Positions 24,405-36,150 of a DNA stretch of 64,000 nucleotides are shown piece after piece. The notes beneath the pieces are model-generated. The model made no database searches and was not told the DNA's origin. It saw only the letters and a program-made list of their open reading frames with translations. The translations under genes and the position numbers were made by a program. The stretch comes from Felis catus (Eukaryota). Numbering within the stretch: the stretch's first letter is position 1; every line of letters begins with the position of its first letter. Where the stretch lies: positions 56,918,001 through 56,982,000 of the forward strand of contig NC_058382.1 in assembly GCF_018350175.1 (NCBI RefSeq). The letters are read 5' to 3'.

Positions 24405-24839
24405 GTAAGGGACGCCTGCCGGGCCCGAGGCCGCGGGAGCCCCGGACCGAAGCGCCCTCTCCGTGGCCGCGCGGGGCCGGGTTTCCAGAGGCTTCGCCGG
24501 CCGAGGCCCCCAGGCCCGGCCTCCCCTCCCTTAGTCGCGCTCGCTTGTCCCTGAGCCGTCCCCCCCGCCCCGGACGACCCCCAGTCCCCGCACCCCCCGC
24601 TCTGCCCGCGCTCCCCCTCACGCCCCGAGGCCTCCACGCCGCCCAAACGAGAGGAAGGCCCGGCGAACTGTGACTCGCAGCGGCCGCGACGGGAAAGGGC
24701 CCACTGGACGGGCGGGGAAACCGAAACCCGGAGAGGGAGAGGCCCCGGCCGGACGGGCACCGGGCCCACCCCCTCCCGTGCTGACCCCGCGCAGGCGTCT
24801 CGGGGCAAGCGCGAGGTGCCGTGTGTCACTGTTTCGTAG

Positions 24840-24906
24840 GTGGAGACGCTCCTACAACAGATGCAAGATAAATTTCAGACCATGTCCGACCAGATCATCG
24901 GCAGAA
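24840..24906 (+). CDS. HSBP1: HSBP1 exon 2 (VETLLQQMQDKFQTMSDQIIGR)
   Basis: gtttcgtag|GTGGAG...AGAA|atatccttt (U12 donor); 67 bp. Confidence 0.97.
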
Positions 24907-25429
24907 ATATCCTTTGTACGCGTGGTTAGCCTCGCCTGCGTCCGGGCGGCGGTGTTGACAAACGTGAGGTTTGCGGGACAGCCTCAGGCGGTCGTTCACC
25001 ACCTTTTTTCCTTTTCTTTTCTTTTTTTTTTCTTTTTTGGTACTGATTTTGGATGTAGTCTTAGGTACTGTGCCAAGGGCTGGGGATACAGTTGAGCTGG
25101 ACCCCTGGCCGCGGGGGACTTCCAGTCTCCCAGCAGTGTAGACTGCTGAAGTGACAGTGTTCCCTTTAGTTAGCCCATGCAGACCGCGGAAGCTTCGGAA
25201 GGTTGCAAGAACTTGCCCAGGTCCCAGAGCTAGTAAAGGGCAGGGCTGGGATGTGACCGTAGCCCCCAGACCCCCGCGCTCTTGGCCAGCAGAAGTCGGT
25301 ACTCAAAGGAAGTTGGAAAAGGCAGTTCCGCTGAGACAGCTGTGCGGGGGGCCGAAGTCTCCAGGGGCCCTGGAGGGGAAGGGTGAGGAGTGAGGGGTGT
25401 GGGTTGTGTGTGGCCTTTAACTTCACCAC
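24907..25429 (+). other. HSBP1: U12-type (minor spliceosome) AT-AC intron 2 of HSBP1
   Basis: 5' ATATCCTTT, branch-like CCTTTAAC at 25414-25421, 3' CAC. This join restores ...IIGRIDDM... Confidence 0.95.
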
Positions 25430-25548
25430 TTGATGACATGAGCAGTCGCATTGACGACCTGGAGAAAAACATTGCAGACCTCATGACACAGGCTGGCGTG
25501 GAAGAACTGGAAGGCGAAAGCAAGATCCCAGCCACGCCAAAGAGTTGA
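25430..25548 (+). CDS. HSBP1: HSBP1 exon 3, coding part ([39 protein letters not shown])
   Basis: Total CDS 45+67+119=231 nt, 76 aa. Exon ends 2 nt after TGA at AG|gtgagg (25550/25551). Confidence 0.97.
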
Positions 25549-26027
25549 AGGTGAGGGAAGGGACAGCCTCGGGATGGCGCGTGTGCGTCGCGGTGACTTC
25601 CGTGCGGTCAGACTTTCTGCCCGTCACTTCCCAGAGCATCTCTTGTACCGGCCCCTCCGCGGGCTCCGAGCTTGCAGATTTTTCATGCCGAATTCGTTAG
25701 CAGGAGTTTATTTTCCCAGTGTTTATTAATGAGACCTGCATCCGTATTAGTTAAGGTAATTGGTTAACATTAATTAGGTAGTCACTGAGTTTATATCATG
25801 GCAGCCAGAACCCAAGAAATGCGTTTCGTTGGCCTGAGAATTCTTACCACTGGCAGATTTTTCTTCTTCTTCTTTTTTTTTTTTTTATTTCTTTTTTTTT
25901 TGATAACCCAGACCCCACATTGCCGCCTTCATAAATGCTTTGAATTCCTGCACTAGATAAATGCCCGGACGGCAGCTGATTGTGACTTCAATGAACTAGA
26001 TGAGGCCACGTTAAGCCTTCACCCTAG

Positions 26028-26133
26028 AGTTGATTTAAATTCCCACCGCGTAGTTCCAGATACCCGAGAAAAGACGAATAAGTTGATTTAAATTCCCACT
26101 ACGTAGTTCCAGATATCCGACAAAAGACTGATA
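26028..26133. repeat. 53-bp tandem duplication in HSBP1 intron 3
   Basis: Two copies starting agttgatttaaattccca; 6 mismatches in 53 bp. Confidence 0.9.
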
Positions 26134-26993
26134 ATTGAAAGTAGCCATGTAGCAAGGCCGCGAGATGCACTTGGCCTCCAGTTTCCCCGTGGTGACTTTC
26201 TCGTTTTAAGGCTTTCCATGACGATGATAGCTACCTCATCGCAACCCAGAAGTAGTTTTGAAACTCCCTTTTCTCTCATCCCATTTTGAGCCCATTTAAT
26301 TCAGTGGATTTTCACTTTCATCCCGTTTAATTCAGTGAATTAAAAACTCACTATAAAAATAAAGTTTCCGGAGACTCTTTGGTAACTATGGTGCCAAGCA
26401 GAATACGCAGCCAAAGGCACCAAATTCCTTTTGTCTTCTTAAGTGTGCTGGGCATGTCCTGGCTGGACCAAATCCTAAGTCGCTGTAAAATACAGGTTGC
26501 TTTGAAGTCCAAGAAAATAGAGACTTGGGAGGTAAAAGACCTGGAAATTTGCTGTTACTCTGACCGATTGGGTTGATCCGCTGTGTGAGTGAGGCACACA
26601 GTTCCGGGTGGGTTGTCCTCTCTTTATTCCTGTGTAGGGGTGTCCTGGGAAATGCCCTGCCAGTCGTAGAAGCTTCTGGGCCTCCTACGGCGGGGCAGTC
26701 CAAAGTCCTGCCACAGTGAGTGAGAACATCCTCCCGAGAACTGCAGTGACGGGAGGTGAAGTGAACTTGGAGACTTTAGTGATGGGGATAACAACAAGAG
26801 AAGCTGGGATGCTTTCAGAAGTTTTTAAGTAACGATTTCCAGTCGATCTGTTGTATCTTTGTTGGGGCATCTGCAGAGAAACTTAAGTTTAGCTCCCTAG
26901 AGGGTTCTCAAAGGGTTTATAGTTGCTAATTGTATGTATCATTCTTGTCCTTCTCTGAACATAACATGTCGATGGTTTTTTCTCTTCCAACAG

Positions 26994-28575
26994 GTTGCTG
27001 ATTCACCCTGAGACCCGGAACACCGTTTTTACAAGCGAAGAGAAGACCGAATGGCTTTCTGAAGCAACTACTATGCGTAGACAGGTTTTCTGTTAGAAAG
27101 TGTGCGTTCTTACCACATACTACATAGTTAGTTCATAGAGTGATTCTCCCCCCAGTTTCTTGAACATGGTAACGTCACACCTTGGACCTTGGTCAGTCGT
27201 GCTGTTAAATATTAAACACTAAAACTTTGGCGGTTCCTGCATAAAATTGTCAAGTTTTTTAGTGTATATTTGTGAACTCATCGTTTTCTATCATTCCTTT
27301 TGTAGTAGTTGCTGTTTGATGAAAGTTGCTGTGTAAATTTTTATTAGACATATGGTAGGTCCTTCAGTTCCAATCAGATTTTGTGAAGGAAGACGTTTGG
27401 CAAGCTGACGACTCTCTGATTCTCAGCACAGAGTGACTGTTGAGCCGACACCAAATAGCACGTCGGTGATACTTTTCAAGTGGTTCAGAACGTTTAAAAA
27501 TTGTGCGTTCAGAAATCTCTGGCGCTGCCCTGTTGCCAAAATTCAAAGTTGAACCGCAATTTGATGTCTTAAGGCTCTGAGGTCAGACGCCAGAGTAAGG
27601 AGGAATGGCCACTCCCGCTTGTGTGTTAGAATTCTCAAATCTGGAAAATGACAGAACTGCCTCATGTAGTGAGGCGTTCATTAGTTAGAGTTTTGCATGA
27701 GATTTGAACACTTGAGTAGGCCCCTGTGCTGTTCGTCTGCGATAGTCCTCGTTGAAAATCTGGCAGGATGTCACAACCCAGCTCGCCGTCTTGTCTTGGA
27801 GCTACTGACCAGGAGAAGCAACAGAACCGGAGAGCAGATCATGCTAAGTTCGTGCCGTAGCCCGGCTAGAAAATGGTAAATGCCTTGTCATAGGCTCAAG
27901 TTTTTAAGATCTACTGTTTCTTGAAACGATTTCTTACCTAAATTCTTACAGAGTAATGGTTTTATTATTGACCTTACGAGACAGGGGTAGTAACTCCTAC
28001 CAGTCAAAAAGGCAGTGCCCAGAGCGCTAAGCCTAGAGGCCGGCCCTGACCGTGCACGAGATCCCTGTGATTGTCGCAGCAAACGTGACTCCGTCTACAA
28101 AAAAAATGGGAAAAGTTGAGGGATGGTCTAGTGCTTCTTAGAAACCCTGAATGAACAGTGTGAGTTTTTTTTTAAAGTTTCCTATATCACCAGTCGTGTT
28201 TGTATTGCAAATATATAATATTATTGAGAAATAACTTGTCGTATTTATAAATAACGTAGGTAACACAAAGGAGTAAGTTTCCTCTGAGCTGAGTGAATGA
28301 CCCACTGTTACTGCCCTGAAACTCCTCTGATGGGCCGGTAGGCCACGCCGTGCACGGCTGAGCCGCGAGCCCCGGGGCTGCTGGCCTCCAGCTGACAGGA
28401 GCCCCCATGTGCACGAAGCTCGCGAGCCTGGTCAGTGGCAAGCGGAAGTGATGCGGCCGATTGCTGTCGGGACTTGGGTGGGAGTTGTCTTCCTTACGTG
28501 AAAAAGATTTCAGAGGCAGGCTCCCCTGACCAGGAATACCCGCCATGAATAAAGGTGCCTGAAATCCTGCTGTCG
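26994..28575 (+). other. HSBP1: HSBP1 non-coding terminal exon (3' UTR) with alternative poly(A) sites
   Basis: tttttctcttccaacag|GTTGCT acceptor. ATTAAA at 27211-27216; AATAAA at 28548-28553 followed by a GU-rich tract. Confidence 0.8.
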
Positions 28576-29129
28576 GAGCTTCCTTTGTGTCACAAGTGAT
28601 TTGTGTGGTTTTCTACGTTTTCAGATTATAGGTGTGCGCGCCGTGTCAGATGAGGGGCTAAAACCATCACAGGATTGCATACACGTAGCCCAAGGCCAAA
28701 GGGGAAAGGGAGGTGTGGGCAGGGCTGTGTCGTGTGAGAGGGCGAGCCACCTTCCCACTGCTGAGGGCGGCTGGTGCCTCCCACGCCCCGGTCGCAGACC
28801 TTCCCCACGCACATCCAGGGACGCTTGTCCTGGGCGAGGCACTGGGAAGGAAGGCCTTAGGTCGCTTGGGCTTAGAAAACTTGCCTCCTACTCCATTCGC
28901 TTCAAGAAAATTCACGGGGCAAATTAGCATATTAAAGGCTCTTGAGGTCCCACAGCAGAGACATGTGATTTAACTTTCTCACCTGCCAGTTTCCAGATTA
29001 TTTGACCAAGGATCTTTTTTTTATACTTAGCACCTAATTAACGTTTGATTGAACTAGTGTGTGTAAAATACACATGGGGAGATGGCCGTTAAAGTAATCC
29101 AATAAATAGCTTTGGATTCAATTTATAAC

Positions 29130-29700
29130 TGCCCGCATCCCCGAGCGCTCACTTGACCTGTTCTCCAGGCCTCCGGGCAAGACTTGACTTAGCCTGATAT
29201 CCAATAGCTTTGTGACCCCAGTGAGGCCTTCACTTCTGTGCAGGGGGATGGATTTCCTCCGCGGTGAAGCCTCGAATGCGGCTGCCCGTGCAATTACGTC
29301 ACCCCGCGCTGGCTGCCCACCGCCTAGCGGGTCTCGGCCCTCCTGGCACAACCCGGGGCCACCCGCTGCCCCCTCCCGGGGCCGCCAGCCCCTCGTGTGC
29401 TGCAGCCACCGCTAGGTGCGCCCGTCCCGCGGGCGCGTGGCCGTGGTGGTCGCGGCGGGTGTTCGCGCGGAGCAGCACGGCCCCCCTCGGGTCCAGCCGG
29501 GATCTCGGGGCGGCAGGTCTGTGCCTCTCCGCTCTCCCACCGGCCTTTGCCCGTTCGAAGACCGCTTGGAACCCACTTCGGCCCCGTGAGTGTCAGGGGC
29601 TCGCGCCAAGCCAGACAGGCGGAAGTTTGACCCAAGGGCCTCGCCTCCCAGCCCAGGGGGCCCATCCGCTTCCCCACCGGGCCTCCAGCTGGTCCTTTCT
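29130..29700. promoter_or_regulatory. Small CpG island just downstream of HSBP1
   Basis: CpG-dense. CCAAT at 29201, TTACGTCA at 29294-29301, CGGAAGT at 29620-29626. Confidence 0.55.
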
Positions 29701-29998
29701 TTCAAGCCACAGGATTTTAAAGCACTTTGATCTCATCTGACCAATTTTGTTTTTCCAGCGTTTCATTTCCAGTAAAGTCCCATCATGTTTGACCTTCTCA
29801 GAATAAACCTCCAGTATTTGGGGTAATTAAAGGTTAATTTGTCTTTGTGAGTGGTTGGCATCCTAAGGGCACTTTTATAACACTGTTGCTATGGGAACGT
29901 AGAGTCCTCTAAAGCATCCACTGAAAATGAACTTCTTTAAACGTGCTGTTTGCACATTGAAGGTTCCCTGTAAGGATAATTATATTCCTTTTCTCTCT

Positions 29999-30041
<43 letters not shown>

Positions 30042-30502
30042 GTATTCTGCAGTTTATACATTTTAATTAGATTTAGGTGGAGGAATTGGCACCTTATGTT
30101 GTCAGATCTAACCCTGAACGGTAACTGGCGACAGTTAACCGTCCTGGCCGGCACCCGTTACAAGTGTTCCTAGAAGCCACCACCATGCGCTGGGCAAAGC
30201 ATTTTATGTTACTTTGTCTTAATCCTCAGGACAACTTGGAGTGAGGTTTGTAATCCGGTCAGTCCTCTGTTTAAACAGAAGGAAGCCATCGTCAGGGGTC
30301 GGGCGGGGTCTCGTGGCAGAAAGCAGCGACCCGGGACTCTGCCCACAGCTGTCCCACGGCGGAGCCCACAGCTCACAGCTGTGTTTCGTCTGCCTCCGTA
30401 GGAGAGCCAACATCTCCCAATATTGATGGCCGCACTCCCTGGGCATCGTCAACCCACTACCTCAGCGGATCTTGAAATTCAGTTTCAAGACTGATTTTGT
30501 GA

Positions 30503-30720
30503 GGGGCGCCTGGGTGGTGCAGTCGGTTAAGCGTCCGACTTCAGCCAGGTCACGATCTCGTGGTCCATGAGTTCGAGCCCTGCATCAGGCTCTGGGCTGA
30601 TGGCTCAGAGCCTGGAGCCTATTTCTGATTCTGTGTCTCCCTCTCTCTCTGCCCCTCCCCCGTTCATGCTCTGTCTCTCTCTGTCCCAAAAAATGAATAA
30701 ACGTTGAAAAAAAAAAAAAA
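30503..30720 (+). mobile_element. Young SINEC_Fc
   Basis: Perfect TSD AAGACTGATTTTGTG at 30487-30501 and 30721-30735; pure A tail. Confidence 0.97.
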
Positions 30721-32079
30721 AAGACTGATTTTGTGTTTTCGATGACACGTGACCTAAATTCGATAGTAAACATGTTGATGTGAATTTTGATTCAAGATTA
30801 AAACTTTTCGGGGCTCGGAGAATACATGTGCTCCCGGACTAGCTTCTTTTTTGTTTCTTCCTGGGTAAGTGATTTGAGAGACAAGTCCAGTTGAGTGGAA
30901 GGCTCCCCTTGACAGAGCCATGGGGAATACTAACTACTGCTTTTCTCGTCCGGTTCCTTTCCAACCCAATCATTTTTCATGCACAGATTTTACCCCCGAG
31001 ACCCACCTTGGGGGAAGAGAGAGCCCCTCTCACAATGACGGATTTCCCTACCGTCTTCTCGGGACACTTTGTTAACGACAAGACAACAACAATGACAACC
31101 CGGATGAGTACAGAAGTCCTAAAAAGGTACCCATGCAGCCATCACCTGGAATCTTAGCCTACCAGTAATGTTAAGTGTCTGCTTTGAGCTGCAGCCTCTT
31201 TGGGAAAAAAAAAAAACAAAAAACAAAAACTTTTCAGTAAATGGAAATGGGGGTGGGGGGACGTGAGTCACCGCCCGGACACAAAAATCAGAGGGCCCGT
31301 GACAACATGACACCATCGGCCCCACAAATCACTTTGGAAATAGGAAGGGAGCTGGTTTCTACACGTCAGGCTGACTCTTACCAAGGAAGCACTTCGAATG
31401 TTTGCCTCTCCTACGCTGAGGCTTTCACCAAGAGAGGCGCCTGGAAGTTCCTCAGACACCTGCCTAGGGTTAGATTTGTATCTAATAGATAGAGAGCATC
31501 TGCTTCCTTGGGTCCCTGGCCACCGCGGGTGAAATGTGATGCTTTGTCGCTCTCTCCTTGAGCAAAGCCAAAGCACGTTTATATAGCACGTTCGTAAATG
31601 TCTCAGGGATGCTACCCTGCTTGGTGGTGGTAATCTGTGCTCTATGTCTATAGCTCCCTGTTTGGTGGGTCCATTTTGACCAGTTATTCATATTGGACAG
31701 GGAGACATGTCTGCCTTCCAAAGAGAAACAGTACTGTTGCCCAGGAAGAATTGCCCGAATTTAGGATCGAGCTCTTTGGACACGCTTAGCTGCCAATAAC
31801 GGCACTGCCTTGTCAGCCGTTATTGGGGGTGGGATCGCTTCCCAAGGTGACAACTCCGAGGGAAGGGTAGCTCCGGGAAGAGTGAAGTCCACACCTCCAC
31901 GATGCGCTCAGGGACCCAGATATGGACCACCTTGGTGCATCCCACAGAAAGAGAACACCTCTCTCCCTCCACGTCTTTTTAAGGTTGAGGAGAATGTTTC
32001 CCCAAAGGCGTTCCCACCTCGCGGCCCATCCCTAGATGCCTGTGCCTGAAACAATCCCCGGCAAGGCGACAGGCCCCGC

Positions 32080-32248
32080 GTGACAGCTGTGCAACTCTCG
32101 GCTTTCGGTCACGACCTGGGGGCTGGGGGTGCTACTGGCAACAGGTAGAGACCAGGATGCGGCTGAACATCCTACGTGCACAGGACGGCCCTCGCCACAG
32201 AGAATTAGCCGGCTCCACGTGTCCACAATGCCAAGGCGGAGAAACCCC
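32080..32248 (+). mobile_element. MER20 relic
   Basis: ggtgctactggca...gtagagaccaggatg...aacatcctac...gaattagccggc...gccaaggcggagaaaccc. Confidence 0.75.
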
Positions 32249-34257
32249 AGCCCAACCCGTTCTTGGTTTAACCTGCGCCTGGTATGGGGCCCCTGCTAAC
32301 GGCCCCTGGATGCTCCTAGGAGACGAGACAAGGAACAAAACCAGGATTCTGGTGGACACCCCACAGTGCGTTACCTCTTACAGATGCAGCTTCCGGATTA
32401 CATATTGTAACACCGGGGACGGTTAAATGAGGAATTAGCTGGCTCTCAGCCTTGGCTGCACATGACAGTCCCCCGGGGAGCATGTCAAAACCCCATGAGC
32501 AGGCAGCACCCAACTCCACCGTGTCAGAATCCCTGCAGCCGGCCCGGACAGCAGGGTCTGCTCCAAGCTCACATTCGAGAAGGTCTGTCTAGTGGTGCTC
32601 ATGGGGCGACGGCATTCACCGCGCAAATCAGATGGGATTCCGCCAACCTTCTGTCTACCCAGCTGACATTCCCCACTCGGGAGTCAAGACGGCACCTGTT
32701 ACCTGGCGTTCAGTGCCAGTCACGTGTCGCTGCTGCTTCGACCGCTGGATGGTGCCACCCCGTCAGGAAGATTTCTGATTCCCTGACGGCTGATGTCTTG
32801 CTTCCCATTCACCTTCGTCAGGCGTCTGATGGCTGGGCGCTCTGCCAGGTGCTTTCCCAGCCTCAGAAACGGCCGCAGAACCCTGGGAGGCTGTTGACAT
32901 TATCAGCAGTTTTCAGAGGGGGTCCTTCTCCCTCGAATCGGCCCTCGAATAATCCCTCCCTACACCAGTGCTGTCATTTCATTATCCCTTACCTTTTATG
33001 GGTCCTGAGAAATTGTCATCAAAACGCAGCACGCGTTTCCAGAAAGAAACTTTAAATATTAAATACTTTAAAACGGAAGGCGTGTTATGCAGACGAAAAC
33101 CCAGTTAATTTTGATGGGCTGTGGATAATCATCAGAAGAGTCATTTCCGGGAATTAAAACATTATGGTTGTTTCTTTTAATGATACTCTCTCTCTCGGAA
33201 ATGTAAGAGAACCACTTAGCTGATGCTGCTCCAAAATCCTGTCGAGGTCAAGGATGGGCCCAAATTCTTCGTGGACCAGCAGCCTGGGACTGGCCTGGTG
33301 TACAGATCACAAAGCTGGAAGTGGTACAAAACGGTGTCCTACAAAGAAATCAGTCTCTGATGTGTACCCAACCTGTGTTCACCGGGCCCATATTAAGCAT
33401 CTTAAAGAGACAGACTCTTTTGAAACCAGCTGTCAAAATCAAGCTGCCTTGCTAACAGAATTCCAAAAAGGTTTCTGATTGCCACAGGTCTGCACTGGGG
33501 GCTGTGAGCCCTCATCACTGGAACCAGACCTTCTAGAATCCTTTTTCTGAGAGGTTGATTACATGAAACATACATCTTGCCGGCATCATCAAAAGGAAGC
33601 GCAGTTAAGATTCTTTTAGTGGGTCAATCTCATTTTCTCATGGCAGACCAGGCTTAACAAGGATCTGTGACCCAACTTTGTCTTCCTCACAATGGAGAGC
33701 AGACCCCGTACGACCCCTCTGGCACAGCCGAGCCAGTATTTCTGGAATCACTGACTGAGAAAATTTCCCTCACCGTGAACCCTGCCAGAAATTTCTTGGG
33801 CTTATTCAAGCTTATCTGTATTCCAGGACGATCCTGGGAAAAATTCACCAGTAATGCTTTGACAAGTTACTGTTTGGTAAGTTCAGAACTTACAGGGTCT
33901 CTTTTGTACTAAGTAATGTAATAAACTGGGCAAGGATTCTTTGAAACTAAATTGATGGGGTAGATTATCTGCTTTATGCCACATTTAACACTGTTGAAAT
34001 GTTAAGCGTTTTCTTCCTGGGGAACTAACGACTGGTCTCTTCTGGACTGTATAACTTCTTGAGATGGCTCTCTAGTTGGTCTTGGTTCTGAAAGGTTTGC
34101 AGTGGCGTCTGTTCTGGTCACTTAGAGCGCTGACAATAGTCATTCTTCTGCATTTCCATAGTTGGTTCTGAGAATGGGTGTTTGTTCTGCCTGGGCTTTA
34201 AACAAAACATACAGCCGGAGGATATGTCTTCCTCAGAGACAGGTTCCTGTCTATGGC

Positions 34258-34445
34258 CCCGCTTCTTAAAAGGGGGGCCCCAGGCCAGTAGCATCAGCAT
34301 TCCCAGGAAACTTGTTAGAGATGCAGGTTCCCAGGCCCTGCCCAGTCCCACTCAATCAGAGACCCTGGGGGTGGAGTCAGGTGGCCAGAGATTTAACACA
34401 CCCTCCAAGGGGTTCCGATCTCACTCCAGCGTGAGCACCTGAGCA
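34258..34445 (+). mobile_element. MER5A DNA transposon
   Basis: agcatcagcattcccaggaaacttgttagagatgcag...aatcagagaccctgggggtgg...tttaaca. Confidence 0.8.
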
Positions 34446-35759
34446 TTAGGGTGTCAACCTCGTTCCTGTCGTCCCATAGCTTTGGGCATCAGACTAATCA
34501 ACACAAGAGCCCCCCACCCCACCCCGCCATCCCCGGGGGGGGGGGTGCTGATCAACAGGCGAATCCTGGCCTCCTCTTTTGTAAACCCTGATCCAGTATA
34601 GACAGGGCATGGGCTGGGGGTTCCACGTTGTTCATCAATACCCCAGTTTATTGTTTTTATATGTTATTTCCTACACACAGAGGAGGACCGCCCGGCAGAT
34701 AATCCCATGCTGAGTCACTCAAGCTTCAGCAGCGGGTCCTAAGGTAATTTACAAGGAATTGATTCTTAATTACTCAGAACAGGCTAGCGTGACCTTTCCG
34801 GCCCAGTGAAAAGAGGTGTGGGCCCTCCAGCCCAAGGAGCTGAGCCTGAACAGCCTTCACACCACGAAGACCTGAATCACTTCAAATCAATTTGCTTCTT
34901 ATTAAAATGTACTTCAATAAAAAATCATTTCAACTCTTAAGCCACAAAAGGATACCCAATCATTTAAAGCTTCCTGAGCATTTCAGCTGATTAAAAAGGT
35001 TTTAAAGAGCACGGTAAATATTTTACTAGCAGGAGAAGTTATTCCATAAGGAGATTATTTATTAAAAACCAATAACTTATTAGTCGTTTATCTTTATTTT
35101 CGTGAACGTGCACACTCGATCCCGGCACAGCTTCTGTTTCCCGAAGCAGGTTAGCCTGTGAGTTGATGATTTTATAATATGTAGATGTGTTGAAATAGCA
35201 TTTAACTTGAGAAAGTAACAAGATTTTACTCCTAACAAGTGAGAGATCTGTGAAATTACATTTTAAAAGAACTTTTGGAGGGTTTTAAGGATAGTTTCAG
35301 GCACTTAAAAAGAAATCACATTTGCCGGTTTGAAAAACAGATCAAATGTCTCATTTATCTTTTGAGTTATGTTTCCTAAAGAAAGTCACTAACGCAGGAC
35401 TGACTTTTTTTTTTTTCTTATGGGTAGAAAGGAAAGCGTTTTAATACTTGAGCCCAAAATGAAGGCACTGAGTTCAGTATTTATGGTCCAATCTTTTATT
35501 TCGATAATAAAAGGAATTAGAATCCCTTCAGTTGCAGTGACTCAAACGGCTTAAACAGTAGGGATATTTAATGACCCCATAAAATGAGAAGGTCAGGAGG
35601 CTCTGGGGACGCTTGGCGAGTCAGTTCCGCTCTGTCCTGACTCCAGGCTGACTGCACGGTGCCCCTGCTGGCTCTCCCTCACCCGGACACAAACCCCCAA
35701 GCGTCGCCCCAACACCACCGCCCCCAAGCTTTTTCTGTCCGTCCACCTCTGTTAAGTTA

Positions 35760-36150
35760 CATGGGTTAAGTTGTGTGCCCCCAGCAGACACGTCCAAGTC
35801 CTAACCCCTGGTAGCCGTGAAAGTGATCTTATGTGGAAAGTCTCTGCAGGTGTCATCAGGTTCGGGCGAGGTCATGCCAGATCTCCACGGGCCCAAATCC
35901 AGTGACTGGGGTCCTTTTAAGAAGAGAAGAGACACAGAGACCGACACGGGGTGAGCACCACATGACAACAGAGGCCGATCCTGGAGTGTTAGGTCCCGTG
36001 GCCAGGAGCATCAAGGATGGCCAGCAGCCTCTAAAAGCTGGGAGAGAGGCAGGGACCGGAATCCGCCTCCCGCCTCCGCCAACCCCCGCGGGGCTGGTGT
36101 TTGAAGCTCGCAGGCTGTGCTCAGCGTTACATCGGTCTTCGAAACTAACA
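35760..36150 (+). mobile_element. MLT1B/C MaLR LTR
   Basis: aagtcctaacccc...gaggtcat...aatccagtgactggggtccttttaagaagag. Confidence 0.75.

Larger units (their letters stand above)
23900..25000 (+). promoter_or_regulatory. HSBP1: HSBP1 CpG-island promoter
   Basis: Dense CpG. GC boxes at 24138-24147 and 24153-24162, ZNF143/THAP11-type ACTACGATTCCCAC from 24219, BANP-type TCTCGCGAGA at 24262-24271, ETS CGGAAGTG at 24308-24315. No TATA box seen. Confidence 0.88.

Noticed and set aside
24360..24554. 64-aa unspliced ORF from the HSBP1 ATG
   Set aside because: Reads through the intron-1 donor; the true protein needs three exons.
26028..26133. CRISPR-like repeat-spacer structure (also considered for 48290-48405 and 57438-57535)
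   Set aside because: Simple tandem copies without unique spacers, in a mammalian genome with no cas genes.
29310..29425. CTCF-like ccgctagg motifs in the downstream island
   Set aside because: Lack the GGC core positions; matches too weak.
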